Shown here piece by piece: positions 55,450 through 64,000 of a DNA stretch of 64,000 nt. The DNA comes from Nitrospirota bacterium (GTDB taxonomy: Bacteria > Nitrospirota > UBA9217): positions 64,001 to 128,000 of the forward strand of contig CAVTRN010000002.1 of the NCBI GenBank assembly GCA_963737155.1, written 5' to 3'. The notes beneath the pieces are model-generated. The model was given only the letters and a program-made list of their open reading frames with translations. It was not told the DNA's origin and made no database searches. A program made the position numbers and the translations under genes. Positions within the stretch are counted from its first letter, which is position 1; each line of letters begins with the position of its first letter.

Positions 55450-56973
55450 CAGGTTATACTGTTTTTAGTTGAAATTGAAAAGAGTGGCTCCCCCGTGGCA
55501 TAATCCACGGTAGAGAGAGAAAAAAGAAAGGAGCCACTCAATGAAGGATACCACAAGGAAGAGAAAAAAGGCAATACGAGGAATTGAAGAGGCATACGGA
55601 AGGCGGGAGATCATCGAACAGATGTATTGTGTCTTCGCAAAAGGGAAACAGGGTTTTGATGAATGCATGAAGGAAATGGGCAGAATGATGGCAGAGACGA
55701 TCATGTACATCGAGCGGGAGGAGATTGCCGGCCCCGACTACCAGCCTAACAGTCCCGATCTGCGGAAGTGGGCTAGCCAGGGCGGTTCCGTCTATATCGG
55801 AGATCAGAAGATCCCGGTGACCCACCCTCGGCTTCGAGGTCCGGCGGGTGAGATTGTACTGCAGAGCTATCAGAAGATGAAAAAACCGGAAGTCTTCGCA
55901 GAAGAATTGCTTGGAAAGGTGCTTCGGGGCATATCATGCCGGAAGTATGCGGAGACAGTTGTAGATACGGCACGAGCATTTGGAGTGTCCGCCAGCACGG
56001 TATCGAGCCATATCGTCGCGGCAACAGCAAAACAGCTTCAGGAGTTTAAGGAACGGTCACTCACGTCATTCGTTCCCTTTTCGGTCTTTTTAGACACTGT
56101 TCACCGCGGCGGAGAGGCATTCATCGTGGCGCTGGGGCTTGATATTGCCGGAAAGAAGCAGACATTGGGGTTCTGGCAGGGGGCGACGGAGAACCATGAA
56201 CTGTGTGAAGAGCTGTTTTCTGATATAGAGCGGCGGGGTCTGATACTTTCACGACGAATCATCTGGGTTACCGATGGCGGCAAGGGCGTAATCAAGGCAC
56301 TCCGGGATCGCTTCGGTAAGAAACTCATCCATCAGCGGTGCACGATCCACAAGGACCGGAATATACAGCATCATTTGCCGAAGAAATACCGGAAAGGCGC
56401 ACACTGGAGGTTCCGGACAGCCCTGGAGCAGAATAATTACGCGGACGCTCGTCAGATGCTTCTGGACATGGAGAAATGGCTTCGGGGCATTAATGAGTCG
56501 GCGGCTGATTCGCTCATGGAAGCGATAGAAGACATTCTCACCCTTCATCGATTGAAGGTCCCCGCTCTCTTGAGGAAGACGTTGCATTCTACCAATCCTA
56601 TCGAGAGCATGTTTTCCACGGTGAGAAAAGCAGAAGGCAATATAAAGCGCTACCGCGACAGCAAGATGATGCAGCGCTGGCTCGCTTCTGTCCTCTTATA
56701 TGCTGAACAAGGATTCAGAAAGATCAAGGGCCACGCCTTCATCGCGAACGTGATGAAACGGATCGAAACGGAAGAATTAAATGACCTAACAGTCAAAGAG
56801 GCTGCGTAAAGGGGGATGGTTAGGTATGGCTCGGCCTCAGAAAACTCACATATGGCGATCCTACGAATCCGATTTTATAAACAGCGATGATTTACACCGT
56901 TGAACCGATAAAAATACTTTAGCCGAAGGGAACGGGCCACTCAGATAATTTCAACTAAAAGCTTGACCTCGTC
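55450..56973 (+). mobile_element. IS256-family insertion sequence, copy 2 (1524 bp)
   Basis: Same ends as copy 1; DR AACAGAAGA at 55441-55449 and 56974-56982. Confidence 0.95.
55541..56809 (+). CDS. IS256-family DDE transposase
   Basis: 422 aa; 3 visible amino-acid differences from copy 1. Confidence 0.95.
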   Translation: MKDTTRKRKKAIRGIEEAYGRREIIEQMYCVFAKGKQGFDECMKEMGRMMAETIMYIEREEIAGPDYQPNSPDLRKWASQGGSVYIGDQKIPVTHPRLRGPAGEIVLQSYQKMKKPEVFAEELLGKVLRGISCRKYAETVVDTARAFGVSASTVSSHIVAATAKQLQEFKERSLTSFVPFSVFLDTVHRGGEAFIVALGLDIAGKKQTLGFWQGATENHELCEELFSDIERRGLILSRRIIWVTDGGKGVIKALRDRFGKKLIHQRCTIHKDRNIQHHLPKKYRKGAHWRFRTALEQNNYADARQMLLDMEKWLRGINESAADSLMEAIEDILTLHRLKVPALLRKTLHSTNPIESMFSTVRKAEGNIKRYRDSKMMQRWLASVLLYAEQGFRKIKGHAFIANVMKRIETEELNDLTVKEAA

Positions 56974-57015
56974 AACAGAAGATTTTACTTCCCCAATAAT
57001 TCTTAACCTCCCACC

Positions 57016-57072
57016 TCCACCTACTAGCTTGTAGTCCTGTTGACATAAAATCTATCCAGACTACTGGTTGAT
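57016..57072 (+). repeat. Boundary repeat copy J core (arm split by IS256: 55375-55449 and 56983-57015)
   Basis: TCCACCTACTAGCTTGTAGTCCTGTTGACATAAAATCTATCCAGACTACTGGTTGAT. Confidence 0.85.
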
Positions 57073-57079
57073 AATTGCA

Positions 57080-57137
57080 CATCAACGAACGGGTTCAGCA
57101 GCTGGCGTAGACAGTTGCCTGAAACGATGGGTTCGTC
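57080..57137 (-). repeat. Integron attC-like site (58 bp) downstream of the GyrI-like gene
   Basis: Minus: GACGAAC-CCATC-GTTTCAGG-CAACTG-loop-CAGCT-GCTGAAC-CCGTTC-GTTGATG; 5/6-bp unpaired spacers and two extrahelical bases. Confidence 0.65.
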
Positions 57138-57163
57138 GCGCATCCGCTATGTCGCACTATATT

Positions 57164-57628
57164 TCATTTCAAGGGCAAATAGACGTCGGTAATCATTTCT
57201 CCCTCGAGAACATTCGTCCCGAAGTTTACATAATGGAAGATGATCGGGAAATCGCCGAGAGATTCGCCACTTTGGAGTAGCCACTCGTCATAGAGATAGA
57301 CTGCGGCTTTATTGTTGGAGCGGGAACCAACATCCCGGGCACAGGCACAACGTATGCATGGAATTACCTTATTGATGATACCATATGAATTTGTATCAAC
57401 GTCCTCTTCTATGGAAAGACAGAAGTCGACGCGGTGTTTGGAAGGCGGCGTAGTGCGTGGATCTGTGTAGTGAAGGCCATAGCTCCTGTATTTCAGAGTA
57501 TCCAGAAATTGCTTCTCAAGTTTCCAGGTGATCAACTTTTTCGCAGTGTTGTGTTCGAGCGACGGCGACCCGCGGTGCTCAACGGCAGCAACCTTTGTCT
57601 CTGGGAATATAACAATCTGGACGTTTAT
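57164..57628 (-). CDS. GyrI-like effector-binding protein; start codon appears mutated to ATA
   Basis: VQIVIFPETKVAAVEHRG...YGLHYTDP...YLYDEWL...ITDVYLPLK; GGAG RBS before ATA 57628. Confidence 0.8.
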   Translation of the reverse strand: MNVQIVIFPETKVAAVEHRGSPSLEHNTAKKLITWKLEKQFLDTLKYRSYGLHYTDPRTTPPSKHRVDFCLSIEEDVDTNSYGIINKVIPCIRCACARDVGSRSNNKAAVYLYDEWLLQSGESLGDFPIIFHYVNFGTNVLEGEMITDVYLPLK

Positions 57629-57723
57629 AAAGTGACAACTCCGTTTTCGTATTTTAAAAGAAACACATCAGGGTAAGCTGCAACCGATATTTTCCACGTC
57701 TCCTAAAACTTACCAATGCGCAG

Positions 57724-57779
57724 ATCACCCGAGTCTGCGCTGCCAATATTGTGACTACGGCAAAAAATACCACATGTAA
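57724..57779 (+). repeat. Boundary repeat copy K core (divergent)
   Basis: ATCACC..CAATATTGTGAC (as in H) then TACCACATGTAACTTACACC (as in E). Confidence 0.65.
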
Positions 57780-57950
57780 CTTACACCGTACCAATATATT
57801 CTCTTGTGAGTTGTTTAGTTCTCAATTTCACCTCATCGAACAGTAATGCAATTTCTTCAACTTATAAAATCAAAATTTAAACAATCTAGTCGTCCTTTGA
57901 ATATAAAGATTCCCGCGGACCAAATCTCTTGAATGGACCTTTCCCACATG

Positions 57951-60857
57951 TTAAGAGTTAAGCGTCTTGTTCAATACTTCTTGTAGCTCATCCACGTTGT
58001 AGGGTTTCTTAAGGAATGCCTTGAAACCCTGATTACGGTGGTTTTGTACGTTATCATCATCAGAGTATCCGCTCGACGCAATAGCATTCACCCCTGGATC
58101 GATTTCCATGAGTCTCCTTATTGTCTCGGCACCGCCAATCCCTCCCCGGATTGTCAGGTCCAGAATAACCAGATCAAAAGGCTTCCCCGCTTGATTCGCA
58201 TTCCGATATTTGTTGATTGCCTCCTCACCATGGGCTGAGCATTCCACCTCATGTCCCAGCGCCTGGATCAAATCCCTGGCAACATCGCGGATAACCGGTT
58301 CATCGTCCATGACGAGCACTTTGCCAGTTCGTAGCGGTAAAACTACATCTGTTGGCTGAAAAGGCTCCACTTTTTCTACTGCTGCAAATGCAGGAAGATA
58401 AATGGAAAATGTTGTTCCCTTGCCAACCTCGGATTTTACCTCTATCAGACCACCATGATTCTTAATGATGGAATAGGACGTCGCAAGACCCAAACCGCTC
58501 CCTTTTTCCTTGGTCGTGAAATAGGGATCGAATATTTTGGTAATGTATTGTTCCAGTATCCCGATGCCGCTGTCTTTAATACTAATTTGAACATATCTTC
58601 CTGTATGTAATCCCTGCAGTGAGTCATTATGGGGAACATGGACATTTCGCGCTGTAATCTCAACACGACCGCCTTCCTTCATGGCCTGATCGGCGTTCAG
58701 GACAATATTCTGTATCACCTGACTGATCTGGCCTTCGTCCGCTTCTACCTGCCAGAGACCACCATCAGCAGCAAAACGGTAATCTGAACGTGACCCGCTC
58801 AAGGCGAACTGGGCGGTATTGTCGATCATCGGGTAAAGATCGATTATTTTCTTCACAGGTTTACCGCCCTTTGAAAATGTCAAAAGCTGGTTTGTCAGCT
58901 TAACCGACATGTGCAGAGCTTTCTCGGCCTGGTCAAGTGCGGCCAAGCTTTTCTGACGTCCGTAGGCGGTCAGTTTGGCCAGTGAGATATAGCCAAACAC
59001 ACCCTGCAACAAGTTATTGAAATCATGGGCAATCCCCCCAGCCAACGTCCCGACCGCCTCTAGCTTCTGCATTTTGAGGCGTTCCTGCTCTAGGAGTTTT
59101 TTATCCGTGATGTTGCTGATCGACTCGATTACTGACGTGATGTACCCTGACGCATCCTTAAGCGGGAACGCCTTTGTTTCCACATGGAACATACTGCCAT
59201 CTGCATCAGGATGGTTATGATACACTACGGAAGGTTCGCCAGTGTTAAAGACGTTCCTGACGGCGCATTCCTTGCCTACTTCATAGCACGGCCTGTCGAC
59301 TTTGTGAGATATCTTGAAACAAATTTTTCCCACCACCTCGTTGTGAGGAAGGCGGACCTGATTGCAGTACGCCCGGTTCGCGGTCAGGATGCGATAGTCC
59401 CGGTCGACCACAATAAACCCCTCGTCCACGCTGTTAAGTATGTTCCTGACCATTTCCTCGCTACGACGGAGAGTGTCCTCCGCCTGTTTATGCTCAGTAA
59501 TATCACGTGTTATACCAAGCAGCGCAACTATTTCATCTTTTTCATTTCGAAAAGGCACGGCATGCGTTTCAAGCCACAAATGTCTGCCCTTAACTCCAGT
59601 CATTTCGAAAGCCAAGGTGCCGGAGTCGCCGTTGAAAACCCGTTTCGTTAGATCCATAAACGCGTCCCGATGCTCGGATGCGATCAAGGGGCAGACACAC
59701 TGCCCTTTGACTTGCTCTAACGAATCTGCCTGGATCATGGATAAGCCTGCCCGGTTCATCATTATCAATTTCGCATCCGCATCAATGAGCTTTACACATT
59801 CGGGCTCCGCGTTGATGATTGCCTGCAGCATGTTTTCGCTCTTTTTAAGCGCCTCTTCTGCATGCTTTCGGTTAGTGATGTCCTCTACCAACTCTATCGC
59901 CGCTAATATTGACCCATCCGCTGCCAATAGAGGTGTCGATACAACCTCGTAGTGCCGGAATCCTTTTTCCGTCGGCGTTCCTGTGACGGCCGTGTGGATC
60001 TGCCCGTCCTGCAGGGTCTGCACGGTTGGGCAATAGCTGCAAACACTATCCCGAGGCGGCGTATTAAAGCTCTTGTAACAGATGTGATGCTGATTGCAGT
60101 CTATGTGCGGAAACCATTTCTGCATCTGGGGATTAATCGAAATGATCTCCATATCCTTCCCGATTAATGAAATGCCTATGCCGATGTTATTGTAGATCGA
60201 ACGGAACCGTTCCTCGCTCTCCTTCAGTTTGTATTCATTTTTCAGGAGGTCGTTTTTCACCTTTTCGAAGTATATCAGTATCATACCGATTGCCCCGGTG
60301 AGTCCGAGTGACTCGCCAAGCGAATACCCCCAAGGCGCAAACCACGTATTCCTCAAAAAGGGATAATCTCCCTTATGTATACCCCACACAATAAAGGTCC
60401 ATCCAATAAGGTACTTACCGATGCCCTTAAGGTCATGAGAACGAATAAAAGCAAAACCTGTCCATATGTATATGGCCGCCAAAAAAGTAAAGGTGGGAAC
60501 GGTCAACGCGGAAAAACTGAAATCAGACAAGATCGCTACAATAATCCACAATGCAAGCATGACTGTGGTGAAAAGCCAAAACTTCGACTTGCCGCGACCG
60601 AGAAACATTGAAACGCCCCAAACGAGAAACAGCCCGCTGACAAGGGCGAATTCATGATATCCGATAGCCAATACCTTATTGTTTCCGAAAAGGAGTTCGA
60701 GTACAAGGAAGCAGAACCTGAGGGAGTATAGAGCGAAGCTTATGGACCATATGGCAAGATAGCGATGGCGGTCCTGTGTGTATAGATACAAGTAAACCAA
60801 GGACAGCAGAAAACTACCTGTTAGTGAAGCAATTGTTGCCGGCAACAACCAGCTCAT
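57951..60857 (-). CDS. Membrane-anchored PAS hybrid histidine kinase with receiver domain
   Basis: About 7 N-terminal TM helices, three PAS, AGGIAHDFNNLL, receiver; C-terminal half paralogous to 50775-53786. Confidence 0.92.
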   Translation of the reverse strand: MSWLLPATIASLTGSFLLSLVYLYLYTQDRHRYLAIWSISFALYSLRFCFLVLELLFGNNKVLAIGYHEFALVSGLFLVWGVSMFLGRGKSKFWLFTTVMLALWIIVAILSDFSFSALTVPTFTFLAAIYIWTGFAFIRSHDLKGIGKYLIGWTFIVWGIHKGDYPFLRNTWFAPWGYSLGESLGLTGAIGMILIYFEKVKNDLLKNEYKLKESEERFRSIYNNIGIGISLIGKDMEIISINPQMQKWFPHIDCNQHHICYKSFNTPPRDSVCSYCPTVQTLQDGQIHTAVTGTPTEKGFRHYEVVSTPLLAADGSILAAIELVEDITNRKHAEEALKKSENMLQAIINAEPECVKLIDADAKLIMMNRAGLSMIQADSLEQVKGQCVCPLIASEHRDAFMDLTKRVFNGDSGTLAFEMTGVKGRHLWLETHAVPFRNEKDEIVALLGITRDITEHKQAEDTLRRSEEMVRNILNSVDEGFIVVDRDYRILTANRAYCNQVRLPHNEVVGKICFKISHKVDRPCYEVGKECAVRNVFNTGEPSVVYHNHPDADGSMFHVETKAFPLKDASGYITSVIESISNITDKKLLEQERLKMQKLEAVGTLAGGIAHDFNNLLQGVFGYISLAKLTAYGRQKSLAALDQAEKALHMSVKLTNQLLTFSKGGKPVKKIIDLYPMIDNTAQFALSGSRSDYRFAADGGLWQVEADEGQISQVIQNIVLNADQAMKEGGRVEITARNVHVPHNDSLQGLHTGRYVQISIKDSGIGILEQYITKIFDPYFTTKEKGSGLGLATSYSIIKNHGGLIEVKSEVGKGTTFSIYLPAFAAVEKVEPFQPTDVVLPLRTGKVLVMDDEPVIRDVARDLIQALGHEVECSAHGEEAINKYRNANQAGKPFDLVILDLTIRGGIGGAETIRRLMEIDPGVNAIASSGYSDDDNVQNHRNQGFKAFLKKPYNVDELQEVLNKTLNS

Positions 60858-61079
60858 GGCCTTATCCTTTTGTCATTGTTTTCTTGATAAATATCGAGAG
60901 CTCTTATAATAACCGAAAGGCTGCCATTTATAAACAATTATTTGATTGTCTTGAGAGCAGTCAACATAGTCACCTCAAGATAAATGGTTCTTAGACCCTA
61001 AACCAGGCGGCATCCTCCCTGAGAGTCAATGCAAGTTTGGCTAAGCTGATAAAAATCTTGACGCGGTCATCGTTCCGGT

Positions 61080-61340
61080 TCAGAACCTCACCAACGACCT
61101 CCCTTGTGCGTCAACGCTTCGCTCAATGGCACGCTTATCAGCGGCTCTCTCAAAGCGATTGGCTGAACGTAGTCTTGAAAAGTGTTCAATCCATACGGGG
61201 CAAATCCAATCTCCGCTTGGATCGTCTTTAATCTTCGTCGGTTGACCGACTATAAGTCGTGACGACATTAATCGTCCGTCTTGAAGCTTATAATGCCATA
61301 TATCCTCTGCAATCGGATGGTCAATTCGGTCAATAACCAT
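61080..61340 (-). CDS. Hypothetical protein, possibly degraded
   Basis: Short ORF, LIVGQP...GDWICPVWIE. Confidence 0.4.
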   Translation of the reverse strand: MVIDRIDHPIAEDIWHYKLQDGRLMSSRLIVGQPTKIKDDPSGDWICPVWIEHFSRLRSANRFERAADKRAIERSVDAQGRSLVRF

Positions 61341-61399
61341 GAGAACGCATCACCTTTTCATATTTTCATAATGGTTTTTGTATTTATCACGTTACGAAG

Positions 61400-61528
61400 A
61401 TCAGGAAGAACAGTTTACTAAAAACTTCAAACGGAAATATTCACTCGAGTGGCGATTCTGGTTCTCTGAGGTCCACCTACTAGCTTGCACAGAAGATTGA
61501 GAAAAGCGGTTGCAATCTTCTGGTTGAA
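61400..61528 (+). repeat. Boundary repeat copy L (core 61472-61528)
   Basis: CAGGAAG at 61402; TCCACCTACTAGCTTGCACAGAAGATTGAGAAAAGCGGTTGCAATCTTCTGGTTGAA. Confidence 0.8.
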
Positions 61529-61648
61529 GTTTGCGTCAAGGTTCACAGACTATTTGCATGGGCTAATACATCAACATAAGGGATATAAAGAGAACAATTT
61601 GTTTATCGTTACGGATACATTTTAAATAGTTGGATTGGTCCGATCCCA

Positions 61649-64000
61649 TTAACTCACGGAAGTCTTGGGGCCCTTCGTTATCTCCACTAAATTTTTTAAG
61701 CCGACAGGGGATGATATTCTTATACTTTTTGCAGCTTTGAACTTGTCGATGTCGATCTCTTCAGATAAAAAGAACTTGAGAAGCGATTTGTCTTGGAACC
61801 TACAAGTTTGTGCGATTCCAAGCAATAGCAGGTAATGTAGGGCAACTGTTTTGAAAAACGTTCCGGAAATCTTTCTTTGAACAGCAAGGTGCCTGAGGGC
61901 ATTTTCTGCCGTGTTGTTGTGCCAAGGAATACCATCTAACTCGAGAAAGGTGAAAAGGCTCTCTCTATAGCGGTGAAAACGCTTTTGATATTTAGCAACT
62001 AGTTCACAATTAATGGGTGCATTATCGATGTTTTTCCGATAGAATCGGTCGACAGACTTGCTAAATTTGCAAAGATGCCGTCTCTTTAGCCCGTATTTCT
62101 CCTCTGCCTTAAAGATAGGGACTAGCAGATCCTTAACCTCGCTGACAAATGCCTCATATACTTGGTTATATGGATTACTCCAAAGATCATCATTGAGATC
62201 TCGTATGAGGTGAACTAAACATTTTTGTTGTGCGCAAGTGACAGCATCGTAGCCTCCATAGAAATCGGAAATCAACACACCCTTATAGTTAGACAAAAAC
62301 TCATGGACAATGGTCGACTCTCGCGTCTCAGTCATTCTGAAGACAACATGCTTTCCATCGGTAAACACCCAGGCATAATGATCAGTTCCCTGAATATTGA
62401 TTCGCGTCTCGTCAGCGTGAACAAAAGGACTTTCCATGATGCGCTGAATCGTCAACTTCTCAGTCGTAGTATAGTATTGGGCAAAGTCATTGATGAAGCT
62501 GACCAAACTCCCTTCACTTGCGCTCTCATGAAATATCTCCTCCATTTCTTGGATGATAATGCGATAAGGAAGGCGCAGAACTATTCTGGCATGGATTACC
62601 CAAGCCTTGAAAGCATGCCCAAAAAGTTGCGTCCCGAGTGATGAAATCTTCGGTGGCGGATAATGTTTGCCACACTTCAGACAGTAACCTTGGGTGCCAA
62701 TATATTTCGTCGCAGTTCTTCTACAACCGGCTTTCGTGAAGCGCAGGCTGATAATGAATTTCTCTGCAATTCTCTCCGATTTCTCAAGGGATTGCCCCTT
62801 GTGTTTTGGACAGGTTCTCTTCGGTGCCACCCGAATGACAGTATCGGCCCTTGAAGTAACTTTTCTCCGATATCCCTGATGACCTTTCTGTCCGCCCCTT
62901 TTTTTCCCCTCAGTCTCTGTGGTGTTATATCCTGGACGAATGCTTACTCTATTTTTATTGTAGTCGGCATGGGCATATACAATGATATTATGCAATCCCC
63001 TGTGAATCTGATGGCCGAGTTCAGTAGTGTGCCGTTTTGGCTGATCGGCAAAATCAATATCACTGTATGTATCTGCACTTGCGCTGATCCTTGAGAGTTC
63101 CTCTAGCAAGAACCAGAGTGCCTCGCAGTCCTCTTTATTGTAAGTTACCAATATCTCCTTATGTTGGCTTTCCCCGGCCTCCCAGAGATGTCGCCATACT
63201 AGACTTTGGAGTCCAGACGCATTAGGCATGGTCCAAGATGCGCCGACGAGTTTCCCTATATCCTTTAGATTATTTGACCTGGTTGGGAAATACACTTTGC
63301 CGTAGATACTGGCATTCAGGTTGACAAATCGTTTTTTGAGCGCCTCACAATCAGTCTGATATATTTGCGCCATTGCATCAATCGATCGTGGTTCATAACT
63401 CCCATAGTGATATATCGGCGCTTCAGGATATCTGTTGATCTTTTCAAGAGCTTCAGCCCAGATCCGCCGCTCGTCTTCAGGCGAATTAGCCCAAAAGGAA
63501 TGATAGGAGCGGTTCCCCTGCTCATTGATCAGGAGACCGATTAAGTAGTGGAAGTTTTGGTCTGGGATCCCTTCGATATCGAGAAACAGCTCTACCTCGC
63601 GCCTGAGTATTGTAGGGCGTTCTTGAATATATGTTATCCCCGTTCTGAGTGCTAATGCTTGCAACTCAACTTTGAAAGGTACCGGGGCTCTGGCTCGTCG
63701 CTTCCGGCTACGCCTTGGCTTGAAGGCATAGGAGAGTTGCGTAACTGTAAAGATGCCTTTCTTGTGATACTTCAGAATTGCTTTTGGCGTGACTCGATCC
63801 AGTAAACTGAGGTCGTCAGCCTTTTCTGCTTGCACTAAACAGCTTTTCCTAAATTGGCAAGTCGAGCAATGTTTGTTTAATATCACTGGAGGTGATATTG
63901 CTGGTGAACTGCCTGTCCATTGCCTCAATGCATTGATCATCGGCATCAATGTTCGGCTCGCGGATGCCATTCCTACTTTATGAGCCTGACCATCCGCGCA
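61649..64000 (-). CDS. TM0106-family nuclease/RNase H-like domain fused to an IS66-type DDE transposase (5' end outside the window)
   Basis: HCSTCQFRKSC, LFLDIEGIP, YNKEDC; CPKH...CLKC zinc finger; HADET, LISDFYGGY, QKCLVHLIRD, NNTAENALR. Confidence 0.85.
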   Translation of the reverse strand, partial: CADGQAHKVGMASASRTLMPMINALRQWTGSSPAISPPVILNKHCSTCQFRKSCLVQAEKADDLSLLDRVTPKAILKYHKKGIFTVTQLSYAFKPRRSRKRRARAPVPFKVELQALALRTGITYIQERPTILRREVELFLDIEGIPDQNFHYLIGLLINEQGNRSYHSFWANSPEDERRIWAEALEKINRYPEAPIYHYGSYEPRSIDAMAQIYQTDCEALKKRFVNLNASIYGKVYFPTRSNNLKDIGKLVGASWTMPNASGLQSLVWRHLWEAGESQHKEILVTYNKEDCEALWFLLEELSRISASADTYSDIDFADQPKRHTTELGHQIHRGLHNIIVYAHADYNKNRVSIRPGYNTTETEGKKRGGQKGHQGYRRKVTSRADTVIRVAPKRTCPKHKGQSLEKSERIAEKFIISLRFTKAGCRRTATKYIGTQGYCLKCGKHYPPPKISSLGTQLFGHAFKAWVIHARIVLRLPYRIIIQEMEEIFHESASEGSLVSFINDFAQYYTTTEKLTIQRIMESPFVHADETRINIQGTDHYAWVFTDGKHVVFRMTETRESTIVHEFLSNYKGVLISDFYGGYDAVTCAQQKCLVHLIRDLNDDLWSNPYNQVYEAFVSEVKDLLVPIFKAEEKYGLKRRHLCKFSKSVDRFYRKNIDNAPINCELVAKYQKRFHRYRESLFTFLELDGIPWHNNTAENALRHLAVQRKISGTFFKTVALHYLLLLGIAQTCRFQDKSLLKFFLSEEIDIDKFKAAKSIRISSPVGLKNLVEITKGPKTSVS

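Overview
Accessory, island-like 64-kb region (GC roughly 45-50%; gene style suggests an anaerobic Nitrospirota/Deltaproteobacteria-like bacterium, which is inference). It is a patchwork of short modules, mostly on the minus strand. These include several toxin-antitoxin pairs, four PAS histidine kinases, methyltransferases, a radical SAM enzyme, a nitrilase, an FAD oxidase, two ClC channels, a CIRCE-controlled heat-shock operon ending in a truncated groEL, a selenoprotein (GrdB/PrdB-like, in-frame UGA plus SECIS), a c-di-GMP-I riboswitch, two near-identical IS256 copies and two TM0106-nuclease/IS66 fusion genes. Main observation: at least 11 co-oriented, intergenic copies of a fixed-length ~57-bp imperfect dyad (TTCACCTACAATCWTGYA...GTTGAC...ATGMA...GGTTGAA), most preceded by a ~70-100-bp arm with a CAGGAAG box, sit at the module boundaries. 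They are not canonical attC, dif, REP or IS ends. Two are abutted by integron-type attC hairpins whose G|TT lies exactly 14 bp from the dyad end. No recombinase is encoded in the window. This looks like a cassette-accretion system using an unrecognised recombination site; that interpretation is inference.
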